A DNA stretch of 35,583 nt from Catajapyx aquilonaris (Eukaryota), in the NCBI GenBank assembly GCA_000934665.2, contig JYFJ02004006.1, positions 1 to 35,583 of the forward strand. Direction: 5' to 3'. The position numbers were made by a program, and so were the translations under genes. The notes beneath the pieces were generated by a model. It was not told the DNA's origin. It did not search any database and saw nothing but the letters and a program-made list of their open reading frames with translations. Position 1 is the first letter of the stretch, and each line of letters starts with the position of its first letter. Shown piece by piece: positions 23,136-34,830 of this stretch.

Positions 23136-26100
23136 TTAGTGCCATCTTGAGAGGACACGGAGGATCCATCGAGAGAACTTGCTGACTCGAGTGAAGTAGC
23201 TGTATTTGGTCGGATCGCATTCGTACTTCCCTTCCTGAGGGATGCCGAAGCTGACCACTCCCTTCAGGAAGTAGATGGGACCTTTAGCTGATTGGTCAGG
23301 AAAAACCATGCCTCCGCCACTGTCGCCTTGACACACATTTGTTCCTAATTTGAGGAGGAAAACAGGTCATTTATACATAAAATGTTCATGTAGTATCAAT
23401 CCCTTCGCACAGATGGCGCACCCTCCCTCTCTGCACACTACTGCCACTGTGCGGGGGGTAGTGGTACTACAGGGACAGACTGAGCCGACAGAGTCACAAG
23501 CCAATTCTACATCCAATGAGGGATCTGCTCATGTCTGCTCATGTCTGCTCATGTCGATTGTAAATCATAATTACCATTGTTGAACCCAGCGCAGTAGATT
23601 GACTTGACACTGGCCGATTCCAGCTTGTGAAGACTTCGCGTGCACATTTGCTTGTCAACCACTGGCAACTCGGCTTTACGAAGCTCGTCTGCTTCTCTTC
23701 CAGATTCCGTCAGGCCCCAGCCAACAACCTTTAAAACAAATAACAATAACAAATTCATAAATTATTATTACAAAACTATTAGCGGACCCATTGTCAAATT
23801 TTGGAAACACTTGGCACACCCTCAACTTGGACGATAGGCCACTACCATATGAACACTCCTGCCTCTCTCAGGGAGAAAGTAGTACTTCCTGCACGTTGGT
23901 GATGAGTCATTTAGCGGACAAAGTCCACCAGGTGGCTATACTACTTTGTCCTCTAAATATTGTTGAGAGGAAAGTGAATGCTACGGTAACTAGGTGATGA
24001 GTCGCCTTGTTTATGGGGTGGAGTCACGGGTATTATGATAGGCAAATCACGTGAGCGTGATTTGAGTAGACTTTTTCGCATTGCCAAGGAAATATATTTC
24101 TAATAATTAGACAACAACAATAATTATCTCCGTTTCTCGTTGCCAAGTAACCTAAGGAAGATAATACTAAAGGATGTAGACTAGATCTTGGCAGATAGAG
24201 TGAATCTGGAAAACCGGAAGTGGTCGGTCACCGGAAGTTGAACATGAAACATGTTTAGGGTCAGCTGAATCCGAATCCGAAAACCGTTTGTTTCTATCTC
24301 TTGCGGTTTAGGCTCTGATACCTGTTCACGGACGGACGGACGGACAGAAATATGAGAAAAAGTCTTTTAAAAATGAACTTACGACGCCTATATCGCCAGC
24401 TTCCGGATCTTGTTCGTCACTCTTGAACGGATAGCAAGCTGGACGGACACTCAAGGTGATGGTGACAGGACTCTTCAGGATTATGATTGCCAGGTCATTC
24501 TCAAAGGTTATTGGATTGTACTCTGCGTGAGGAATCAGCAATTGGGGCTGAAAATATTTTGTTTCGTACAGTTAGTTGTACTTATTTGTCAAATTTTTTC
24601 GTTGGAGGAGGGGGAGGGGGGCACGTAATACCTCTTTGAATTGAACGGCATCGTTTTCGATGGCAAAGACGCTGCTGATTTTTCCGAGACCGACGACCAT
24701 ATCTTCGGCGATCATAGCCACCTTTGTTGTTGCATTAGGAGTGACACAATGGGCAGCTAAAAATATTATTGAGAAAAACTTCAACAATATTAAATTTTCT
24801 AACTTCATAACAGTAAGGATCTATATATGCAATGTTTAATGAGATTTGCATATCTACTGTACGTAATCAAGTTGGATGAAAAGATGGGGAAGTTTCGCCC
24901 CCCTGAAATATTCGCCAAATTTTTTTGTAACTCACCTGTAATTAGCGCCCTGTCCGAAATAAGTGTTGCTCCGCAATTGTACTTCCATTGCCCGAATGAA
25001 TTTCTGGTGTACAGAGCAGCATGCCACGGCCACTCGCCACGTTTGCTCGGTTCTCCTCCGTGCACAAATGATATCGAAAGTGACTGCGTGTTCCTCTTGC
25101 CACATGCTAGGAATAGTTATCAAACATAATTAATAAATTAATAAATTAATAAATCATACTTACTTGGTATGCATCTAAAGGTGATTTCTGGGTACCATGT
25201 ACCGTCAGTGGTGCATTTGGAGTACACACTGGGCCATCCGCCTACGTGCTCGTAAAATTCGTCGCAACCGTACTCGACCTCGACCCCTGGGTCAGCCGGG
25301 TCATTGCAGGACACAATGTCTTGGGTCAACACTCGGTAGCACCTGGTTGTGATACCAGGCTTCGGTTTTATGGCTGGACATTGCACGTACCCGCTGTTTT
25401 CCAGCACTACAGGTGGTGGTCTGGTCGTGGCTTCGGTTATTACCGGTACCCGTACCGGTACCTGCACCGGTACATGCACCGGTACAGATGGCTCGGTTGT
25501 TCTTGGTGGCTGCACCTCTGGCGAATCTGAAATGTATTGTGTTAATGTTTGGTACACATCGCGTAGAACAATCCGTACTGTTTATTTGTATCCTGCATGT
25601 GAAGTGTCGGTATGAATCGCACTTGTGATTCCACCATTGACCGTCCGACGCTGTCTCTCCGCATCGTTCTGTCTCCAGGTTGTTCGGTTCTCCGTTTTTC
25701 CAGCTGGCGAACACCAATGGACTTCCATCACTCCATTCAAACACGTTCGAGTTCTCCAGGGAGTTCAGGCCGATCCAGAATCTAGAGTAGATTTGGCCTG
25801 GAATGTTTGGGAAACAAATACAATTTTACATGATAATACAATGCACAATGGACTATCGAACCCGTTGCCAAAAAATTGGCAAAAAAACGTATACTTTTAA
25901 TGAGATGGCCCGCCGATTTACCACCTCATACTAATTTTAACGCATAGATGGCGCACACTCACTCTGTACACTCCTGCCACCTTCAGGTCGATGGCGATAC
26001 TATCAGGTTGGGCAAACATATAAGCCTAAAAATCCTGCTTACCTACAACGTACTGCATTTCCTCCTCAGAATTAATGCTTCCCAAATCCGAGTCCTGATG

Positions 26101-26884
26101 AATTGTCTTGCAATGTCTCCGTGCATTGTCCCATGTTTCTTTCGTATGCGGAAACATGTAGCAAGTACCATGGAACAAATCCCAACCTTCAGGGCACTGG
26201 TATGCTGTCAAATACATTTTTTTTAAAACAATTTGATGTGTCAAAAAAATTAATGAACAAGGGTCATACCTGTGTACAGTTTGCATACGAATCGTCTTAT
26301 TTCGCTGCATGACGTGCTGTACCACGTGCCTGAATCGTGCTTTCGGTCAGTTCCGGACATGAAAATGTCAGTGCATTGCTCATTGTCCTCATTGTTGGGT
26401 TCGCCAGCCTGCCACCTAGTGTATCCTAGTGTACTTCCATCACTCCATTCCCAGATACCCGTAGTGTTACGAAGACCAATCCACAACTGCCAGTACATTT
26501 TGCCTGACCAAAAAATAATAATTACACTGGTAATGATAATTTTCACTCATATTTTTTTCTGTCATACTTGTGAAGTAATCCTGTGTATCCTGCGAGTTGA
26601 TACTGGCCAATTCCGACCCTTCGCGAATTTTGATGCAGTTTTCGCGTGCTTCCATCCACGTGGTCTTGTATTTGGACGTGTAGTAGCAGCTGTTGCCATG
26701 CTTGTCCCATCCCAAAGGACACAGGCTGGGTCCTCCGACGTTGTCATGATGCCTTGCAACTCTTCTCCCAGCCTCGATTCCTAGAAAACACACTTGCTGG
26801 CCTTGACGTAATAAGGTATATACGTAACATACACTTACCACCCGAAGCAGCTCCTAACAGCAGAAGTAGTAATAACTTCTCCAT
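23136..26884 (-). CDS. Gene D: secreted 2xCTLD - Wonton/Sushi-like - serine protease
   Basis: Exon 1 MEKLLLLLLLGAASG (ATG 26884). CTLD1 about 26781-26270 (EPN), CTLD2 about 26205-25580 (EPN), Pro/Val/Thr linker plus 6-Cys domain about 25527-25163. Activation LSISF|VHGG; triad TAAHC / ENDLAI / TNVCQGDSGGG; stop 23136. Confidence 0.9.
24211..24350. repeat. Second copy of the DINE-1/Helentron-associated-like repeat, in a gene D intron
   Basis: ACCGGAAGT x2, GCTGAATCCGAATCCGAAAACCGTTTGTT, TTTAGGCTCTGATACCTGTTCACGGACGGACGGACGGACAG. Confidence 0.6.
25852..26028 (-). mobile_element. Second copy of the same Helitron-like repeat, in a gene D intron
   Basis: Colinear similarity to 28749-28902 in a non-homologous intron; further fragments near 23405-23447 and 23790-23810. 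Confidence 0.55.
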
Positions 26885-28191
26885 TTGGGAAAACTCAACT
26901 ATATATGAGTGAACTCAATTCATTGTGAGTAACAATCCCTGCCTGTTGAGAATAAAAATGTCCCACCAACTTGAGGATGTTTTAAACTTGAGAAAAACCA
27001 GAGTCGAGACTGAAGTTGCTTGACTACGATTCTCTTAGTTTTTTCCACTTCTCGCCTGAGGGTGTTCAAGTTCTTGATTTTCGCATCCCACAGTATGACG
27101 TGTAGGTCATCCAGCCCACTTTACCTTTCCACAGCACTAGTGTGTGAAACAGAAATCCCGAAATCCAAGGTGACAACAGCGGAATTTCACCTATTCACAG
27201 AATCTGCATCATAAACAATATTAGCAACTACTACTCATAATAGCAACAAAACTTTTAATATTAATTACAATTAAATCATTGAGTCTCTCGTGAGTATGGG
27301 GTGTACCATATCTATAGTACGAACGAAAATTCAGGAAAAATCTGACAAATAAATAATGTGTAGGTTTTCACACTGATTACTGTATATTATGAATTATTCA
27401 CAATGCTTAATCAAATTGTTCTTAATATGAGTTCATACAATCGTTGTTTAAACAATCTATTTTTATAATCTATCATTTTTGGGCCTTTCATCGCGTATTC
27501 GTATTATTTAAAAAAATTTAATAGTGCGACGTCATCATAAGGCCTACCTCAATAATGACCATGAACCTTTTTGTATGCGCATATACATAAAGTATTACTG
27601 ATCATGTTGCAAACAAATTACATAACTAAGTCTATTAATTCAAGTGCAAGATTGGACTGTACTTTTTGATACTAGGCTACAGAAAATGCAACGCCATAAG
27701 GCTATTCCATTCCTACCTTAATTCGAAGCTGGAGTGGCGCTGGTCATTAATCACGAGAATCCTCAGGAAAGTGTTGAAGGTCATACGATTGCATGTAGAA
27801 AACCAGCGTTTTTGCAAAAGGTACGCGCAGTTCTAGGATAGTGAATAGCATGCTCGCACTCCACGTACAGTAGGCCACAATGGTTGTTGAAGGATTATTT
27901 AATAATGTTTAATATCACATGAATTCTGCATGCTTCTCTCTATATATTGCACTTGTTTTCTGCTTATCATCGTGTGGACTAATTAATATTGTTTTGACAT
28001 TTGATATTTTGATCATTCTGCATTGATGTGATCCCACTGCTAACTTAGCAGCAACTAGAAGTGGGACGAAAATTCCACCCATTGTAGTTATAACATAAAC
28101 TGGAAATATTCAGCGCAGATCATATTCAAAAGAGTGATCCAAAGTTTATTTATATTATTTGTCGGAATAATTTTATTTGAACAACGAGGCA

Positions 28192-31100
28192 TCACTTGAA
28201 ATCGTCTCCCCACTCTGCCTCCGACAGAATCCGCACAATCCAGACAGAAAACTTGCTGACTCTTGTGAAGTAGCTGTACTTGGTAGGATCGCAGTCTCTC
28301 GTCCCTTCCTCGGGTATCCCAAAGCTCACGACACCTCTCACGTAATACACAGGTCCGGACGGACTCGTCTTGGGAAACACCATGCCTCCTCCACTATCTC
28401 CAGTACACACGTTTGTTCCTTTAAAAATAAATTGTGAAACGTTGATAAAACCGCAGCCAACAATCGTTGGTAAACAATCATTATTTACCATTGTTCCAAC
28501 CAGCACAGTAAATTGAGCTGAATTTGTGGCTAGGATTGATGTTCTTGAGGCTCTCCGTGCACTTCCGCTTTTCAATGACAGGAAGTTGAGTCATCTGAAG
28601 TCTTTCGGCCACTTCACCAGTCTCTGTGCGTCCCCATCCGGCCACCTTGCAAAAAAAATTCAGCAAATAAAATGATCAGAAAAATTATGCTTCATATACA
28701 CCAATTATTTTTTTGCAACTTACTAAAAGTCAATGTTAAGGTTAAGTACTAGTAAACCCGTTGCCAAAATTTGGCAGAACCTGTAATCAGCATGACTGTA
28801 ATGAAATCGCCCTTCGATTTACTATTCTTCACGCATAGATGGCGCCCATATCGTGACTATCACATCGGACAAACATCAGACGGAGAGAATAAGCCTATTA
28901 GGAGAAAGGGTAATTAATGCAAATGCAGTCCGTACCACTCCGTATTCATCGAGTATATCTTCATCGTCATCTTCGGCATCAATTTGACCCTGTGGAAAGC
29001 AAGCTGGACGAACATGCGGCAAGATTCGAGCTGAATCCTTCAGGATGATGATGGCCAGATCGTTTTGGTTGAATTCCGGACTGTATTGTGGGTACATGAC
29101 GAATTTTTGCGGCTGTAATGGTTGGAGCATTGAATCACTGTTAAAATTAAGCAATTATTATCTCTTAGATAAATTATTCTAAGTCGAATTTGCCTCCATA
29201 ACCGAACTAATTTTTAAAGCACTTTTATTTATCATGTGAAAGGTTCGGGCAGGGAGCATATACTACATAAGAGGCGCACACATTCGATTTCCGCGTCTCT
29301 CTGTTTGGGGCTTTGCCACGGCTGGCGGCCATTTTGAAATGGGGGCAACGACAACGAGGTATAAATAGGGCACAGGCAAATATCTTCGATTCGCGCGTGT
29401 TCTTGCCGTGTAGTTGCCATGGCCGCCGAAACCATCAAAGATGGCGGACCCTATTTTTGCCTGTACCCTATTTATACCTCGTTGGCGTTGCCCCCACTTC
29501 AATATGGCCGCCAGCCTTGGCAACGGCTCCAAACAGAGAGACACGGAAATCAATGGCGCTGACCGAAGTTTGCGCCTCTTATTATGCTCCCTGGTTCGGG
29601 AGGAAAAAAAACATGGTGGTTAACATGTTAGCTCTCTGAAATGCGAAAAACACACACACCTCTATAAACTGCGCGTATTCACTCTCACCGCTGAATTTGC
29701 TGAAAAGTTTTCCGACTCCAATAATCATATTGCTTGTGTCCATCGGAGCCTTAGAGCCAGCAACTTTTGCAGCACAGTGAGCAGCTGCAGAAAACAACAA
29801 TGAGCATTTTTGTTTGTTTGTTTCTCTAACAATCAAACGTGAGGCAACACACCTGTCAAGACCGATCTTTCCGATATGAGTGTACCACCGCAGTGGTAGT
29901 CCCATCCGGATCCTCTTCTGGTGTACAACGCAGCATGCCATGGCCATTCACCACGGTCACTGCTATGCCCATGTGTCACAAAAGAGATTGTCCTCTTGCT
30001 GGATATCCCACAGACTGTGAATAATTTCCATGCTGCCGACAATGCTCATCATGTTATTAGCAATGACTTACTTGGATTGCAGGTAAATGTCCTCTCAGGA
30101 AGCCAGCCCCCGTTGGGCCTGCATCTTGAGAAAGCGTATGGCAGACGACTAGCAGGTTGGTACAGCTCGTCGCAACTGTACCTTATCTCGACCCCTGGAC
30201 TGACTGGTTCGTCGCAGGGTACCACCTGCTGTGTCTCCTGGGTGTAACACCGGGTGTTAACACCGGATTTGGCCACAATCGGATGGCACTTGGATGATGG
30301 ACCGGGTGTGTTTATTGGCTTTGTTGTGGTAGTGAAAGGTGGTCTGTACGCTGTTGTTGGTCTAGGTGTAGTTCTGGTTGTTGGAGGACGTGCTTGGACC
30401 GGCCGAGATGCGGTACCGGTACCTATAGCATGAACACCAATTAATTTTCAGACTTTTTCTCATTGAAAAAAAAAAGAAGCCTACCGTCCAATACAATTCG
30501 GCATGTGAAGTGCCTGTAGATCTCGCAGTCCTGTCCTTTCCATTTCCCATTCCAGTCTATCTCAACGCACTTGTTTGGAGCGAAGTCTTCTCTTCCGTTC
30601 TGCCAGTTGAAGAAATCCAATGCTGTTCCGTCGCTCCATTCGAACCAATTGTGGTTCTGAATGGAGTTCAGTCCGGTCCAGTACCGGAAAAATAATTTGC
30701 CTGAAACAGTGAAAGCCCAAATAAAAATTTTCCAGATTAAAAAAAAGGGTGGATAAAACTGAATCGGTCATTTGGAAAATGGGTCATCTCCAGCGCATTT
30801 ATTAAAAATTACTGGAGATGTTGATGTGCGTCTGATTTTAATTACTGATGTGATTAGTTAATTACCTACTAAGAAGCGATGTTCTTCTAAGGTGTGGATG
30901 CTGGCCAAATCTGCTGATTCGTGCAGATCTTTGCAATTTTGTCGTGCTCTTGACCATGAAGCTAGTCTAGGAGGCACGTAGTAACATATACCATGAATCA
31001 GTTCCCAAGTGTCAGGACAACTTGCTGCGGAAATATTGGCAAGTCACAGATAAAGTTCACTTAATTGTTATAGTATACGTACCTGTTTCTAATTTACAAG

Positions 31101-32070
31101 CGTATGCACGTGTTTCATCGCACGACATCGTCTGATAGACTCCCTTATCATTCTCGTAGTCGTTTCCGATCATGTAGAGTTGGACGCATCTTTTTCCAGG
31201 GTCATTTTTGGGCTCGTTGTCTTCCCATTCCATAAAGTCCGTTGGACTTCCATCGCTCCATTCCCAGTGTCCTGGACTTCTCATGGAATTCAGACCAATC
31301 CACATGTCCCATCTCATTTTTTCTGCAATCCACGCAACATATTCATTACAATATCAAAAATACATGCACTGGTTTATATGCAAGACTAGCGCTGCAGATG
31401 AGAAACAAATAAATTTTTTGGGGGGACACTTAGACTTCAAAAAGACTTTTCGTTGCATCATCAGCATGTAAGACATCTGCGTGCCAAATATCAGAACTAT
31501 TAGTAGCCTAAAAGTGGGCGAGGTAGCCCGGACATACATACCAACAAACTTTCTGCTTTATTATTATGTAGAGAAGTGGGATTAAAATGCAAAATTCTTC
31601 TCTTATTCCATCTGTTTATACTGTATCAATAAAATTATTTGCAACGTTTCATTAGACGCTGGTACTAACTGTGCATGTAGTTTTGTTCCTGGTTGTTGTG
31701 GACGCTGACTAGGTCAGACTTTGGATGTGCCCCTTTGCATGTCCGACGAGCCGATGACCACGTGGCTTTGAATCCGGAAGTGTAATAGCACGAGTGGCTA
31801 TGAAGCTCCCATCCCAGAGGACATGGTTTACCTGATGTTTCATCAGAATTGAAATTTAAAAAAAATTTGCAAATCATTAAACATCATAAGCTCATGATGT
31901 GTAACACTCACTTTCAGTATGATGTCGCTGGCTTAGCTGTGCTGACACTATACCTACAAGTTTCAATCACACAAGACACAATCTATGAAGTAATAGTACA
32001 GAAATAATATTTGAAACTGGTACTCACCTGACGTGCACAGAATAAGTAGCGTAATTAGTGTCACTTGCAT
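28192..32070 (-). CDS. Gene E: secreted 2xCTLD - Wonton/Sushi-like - serine protease
   Basis: Exon 1 MQVTLITLLILCTS (32070-32028), small exon about 31953-31912. CTLD1 about 31831-31083 (EPK), CTLD2 about 31024-30485, Thr/Pro linker plus 6-Cys domain about 30422-30071. Activation RTISF|VTHG; triad TAAHC / QNDLAI / TNVCTGDSGGG; stop 28192. Confidence 0.9.
28749..28902 (-). mobile_element. Non-autonomous Helitron-like element in a gene E intron
   Basis: Minus-strand 3' end reads hairpin TGCCAAATTTTGGCA then ACGGGTTTACTAG|T. Shares AACCCGTTGCCAAAA-TTGGCA, CGATTTAC, CGCATAGATGGCGC and ACTATCA..GG.CAAACAT with 25852-26028. Confidence 0.55.
29250..29593. mobile_element. Foldback MITE, copy 2 (core inverted relative to copy 1), in a gene E intron
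   Basis: CAGGGAGCATATACTACATAAGAGGCGCAC ... GCGCCTCTTATTATGCTCCCTG; the core is the reverse complement of the copy 1 core. Direct repeat GTTCGGG at 29243-29249 and 29594-29600. Confidence 0.92.
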
Positions 32071-32413
32071 ATTACGTTCAGTTTAGTGCGTTAGTTTGGC
32101 GAGGTTTGGCAGTTGCAGTCGTCATATAATTGCAGGTGGCGCGGAGTTGGGAGGCTGCAAGTACTGGCAGTACTAGTTACGCATCATGCGCATGCAAGTT
32201 TTCCTCGTTGCCCTCGGGACAAGCAGGTTTTCGTGTCTGACCCTGCTTACGTTCATGCTCTAAAAAAAGAAATAAGGATGGCTTGCATACCAAAATTGAA
32301 CCGTCGTCATAAAAGTTACGTTAATTTTTACAATAACACGATGAGATAATAAAACAACAAGGTCGATACAATTTTTTATTTTTTATTTTTCATGCAGATC
32401 AATACAGGATGTC

Positions 32414-34830
32414 TTAATTGGCATAATTGGCAACATTCGCTTTCATTCTGTTGCTCCTCAAGACGTCTTCTGGCGACATTGCGCGATCAATTTTGCAAAT
32501 GTACTTTCTTGAACTGAGACAGTCGATATTGCTCCAGTAGTCGGTTGGGCTGTACATTTGCACGCAATTGTTAACATCTTCTCTTACAGGATGAGAGAAA
32601 CCCCACTTGTCATAAGTGCGATCCTGAGCATCAACCCACACAAAGTCATTGTTGCCCATATTGTGCAATCCAATCCATGAATTTATATGGAGGCGGCCTG
32701 CAGGTGATCGCAAGTGTTACATGTCACAAAGTAATCTCAGTCCTATTCACAAGGAAATTACCTGCAATGAATCGGCTTTCTTCTTCACTACTTATGGATA
32801 CTAAGTCAGCTCCATTCTGAAGCAACTTGCAGTTTCCTCTGGCCCTTTCCCATGACGTACTGAAGTCGGAGAAGTAGTAACACTGTCCATTGTAACTTTC
32901 CCATCTTTCAGGGCATCGGCCTGGAATCATTCAAAAAATTTTGCCACATATTATGTCGAAATAAGCTGATAAGTCCACCAGTGAAGAACTCACCTGCTCT
33001 CAATTTGCATACAAAGGGACGCGAAAAGGCGCATGTTAGGTCGTTCCATACTGAGTCGTCTTCACCATTTTCTCGCAATACCGCGTACATTTCCACGCAA
33101 TTTTCGCCTGAGTCACCATAGTTGTCTGGTTGACCCCCATCCCACTGGGTAAAGGTCACCTGACTTCCATCGCTCCAGACATGCTTTCCAGTTTCAGCCA
33201 ACTGATTTAGTCCGATCCAGACCGCTGGAGTCATCAAATCTGAAACAAAATAAATTCTTCCTATATGCTGCAAGCTTGTGATATTTTTGTAGATCTACTT
33301 ACTCTTAACAAAATAGTATTCATTTTCGTCAATCATTGTAACCAGAACAGCTCGTTCGTCTAAATTGCCACATTCCTGAAGAGCCTGCAGCCATTGCAGT
33401 TTATCTCGAGAGAAGTTGTAACATCTGGCGTCATTTCTGATCCATCTAGGAGGACATGGGTTGGCTTCTGTAATATTAAAAGTGCAGTAATGTGATGATA
33501 CATTTTTTTGTAAATAAAATGTGAGTACCTTGCAGAGCGAATTTGCAGACAAAGCGACGTTTATAATCGCATCCAAGGTTGTTCCAATTTTTTGTAAAAA
33601 GTGCCTCAGTACACTGCTCGGTGTCCAAATTATTGGGCTCGTTTAGATCCCATCTGAGGTAGTCAATTGCACTTCCGTCCGTCCACCTCCATTTCGCATC
33701 AGAAGAAGTGTAATAATGGCCTATCCAAACGTCCTTAACCATTTCACCTGAAACACAGTCCAGGTTAATTAACGTTTATTTATGTTGAAGTCGTTCTTGG
33801 TACGCGTATAACAATGACTTACTTGATAGGTAAGACTGCTCATCTTTGTCACTGAAACTGACCAAATCTGCACTTTTATTTTGCACGCAATAATTCCTCG
33901 CATCTGCCCAAGTGGCTCTGAAAGTCGAAAAGTAGTAGCAACTCGATAGTCTCCTCTTCCAGTCAGGCGGACATGCTCCTATAAAAAGGAACCAATCCAT
34001 GTAAAACATTTCTAAGGACCTGAAAATATCATTATTAACACCAATATTTTACCTCTAACGTTTGTTAATTCGCAGGCAAAGTTAAATTTCCTATCGCAGT
34101 TATTGTCGTTCAATCTTCCTGTTTCGATGCCCATTTTATAGTTAGTTTTCTTTAGGACTAGTTCTATGCACTTCTCTTCAGCAGAGCTGGGTTCATTTGC
34201 ATCCCAAGTGAGGTAACCGTCGACCACTTGAGTACCATCACTCCATTTCAATTCGTCTGGCTTCTCCAGGGAATTAAGTCCAATCCACATGTCTCGATAC
34301 AAACGCTCTGAAAATATTGAAATATGCAATTCAACGGAATGTATTGAACACCGGAAACACCTGTTTAAAAATTATGGAATCTTCTCTAATAGACAAAGAC
34401 AGTTTTCTGACACATCAATGAGAGTACATCTGAATGAATATTGGACAAAATGATATTCCATGCAATAAACCTGTGGGACTTTGTTGGTTCAAGTTTTAAT
34501 ATATTTGCAAATTATTGACTTACTTGTCACTACGTTAGCTTCTGTCTCACTGTGGAAACTGGCCAATTCAGCTCCAGGATTTGATCCTTGGCAGGTCCGT
34601 CGAGCATCGTACCACGTTTGCGTTTCTTTAGAAATGTAATAGCAGTTATCTCCGTAGTATTCCCAACCATCGGGACATGTCTTGCTCTCTGTTACTACAA
34701 CGGGAAAGAGACACTTACAATAAGAGCTCTATTATAACACCTGTGTAAAATTTGCAGAGTCTAATAAGATAAGGCGAGAAACAATACCTGTGCAAACTAT
34801 TGCACTGAGAAGTACGCACAACAGGAACAT
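32414..34830 (-). CDS. Gene F: secreted four-domain C-type lectin with no protease or transmembrane segment
   Basis: Exon 1 MFLLCVLLSAIVCT (34830-34788). Four CTLDs, each split over two exons: about 34694-34053 (EPS, LND), 33979-33529 (EPN, WNN), 33468-32994 (QPD, WND), 32922-32414 (HPV, WSN). Stop 32414; minus-strand AATAAA near 32376. Confidence 0.88.

Noticed and set aside
9055..32070. Calling the proteases Limulus Factor C or MASP orthologs
   Set aside because: No EGF, LCCL, CUB or multiple Sushi domains; two CTLDs and GDSGGG with a non-Asp189 pocket fit a ModSP-like lineage better.
34695..34740. Possible micro-exon in gene F intron 1
   Set aside because: Would need a 24-nt intron, and read-through meets a stop; direct splicing 34788 to 34694 keeps frame.
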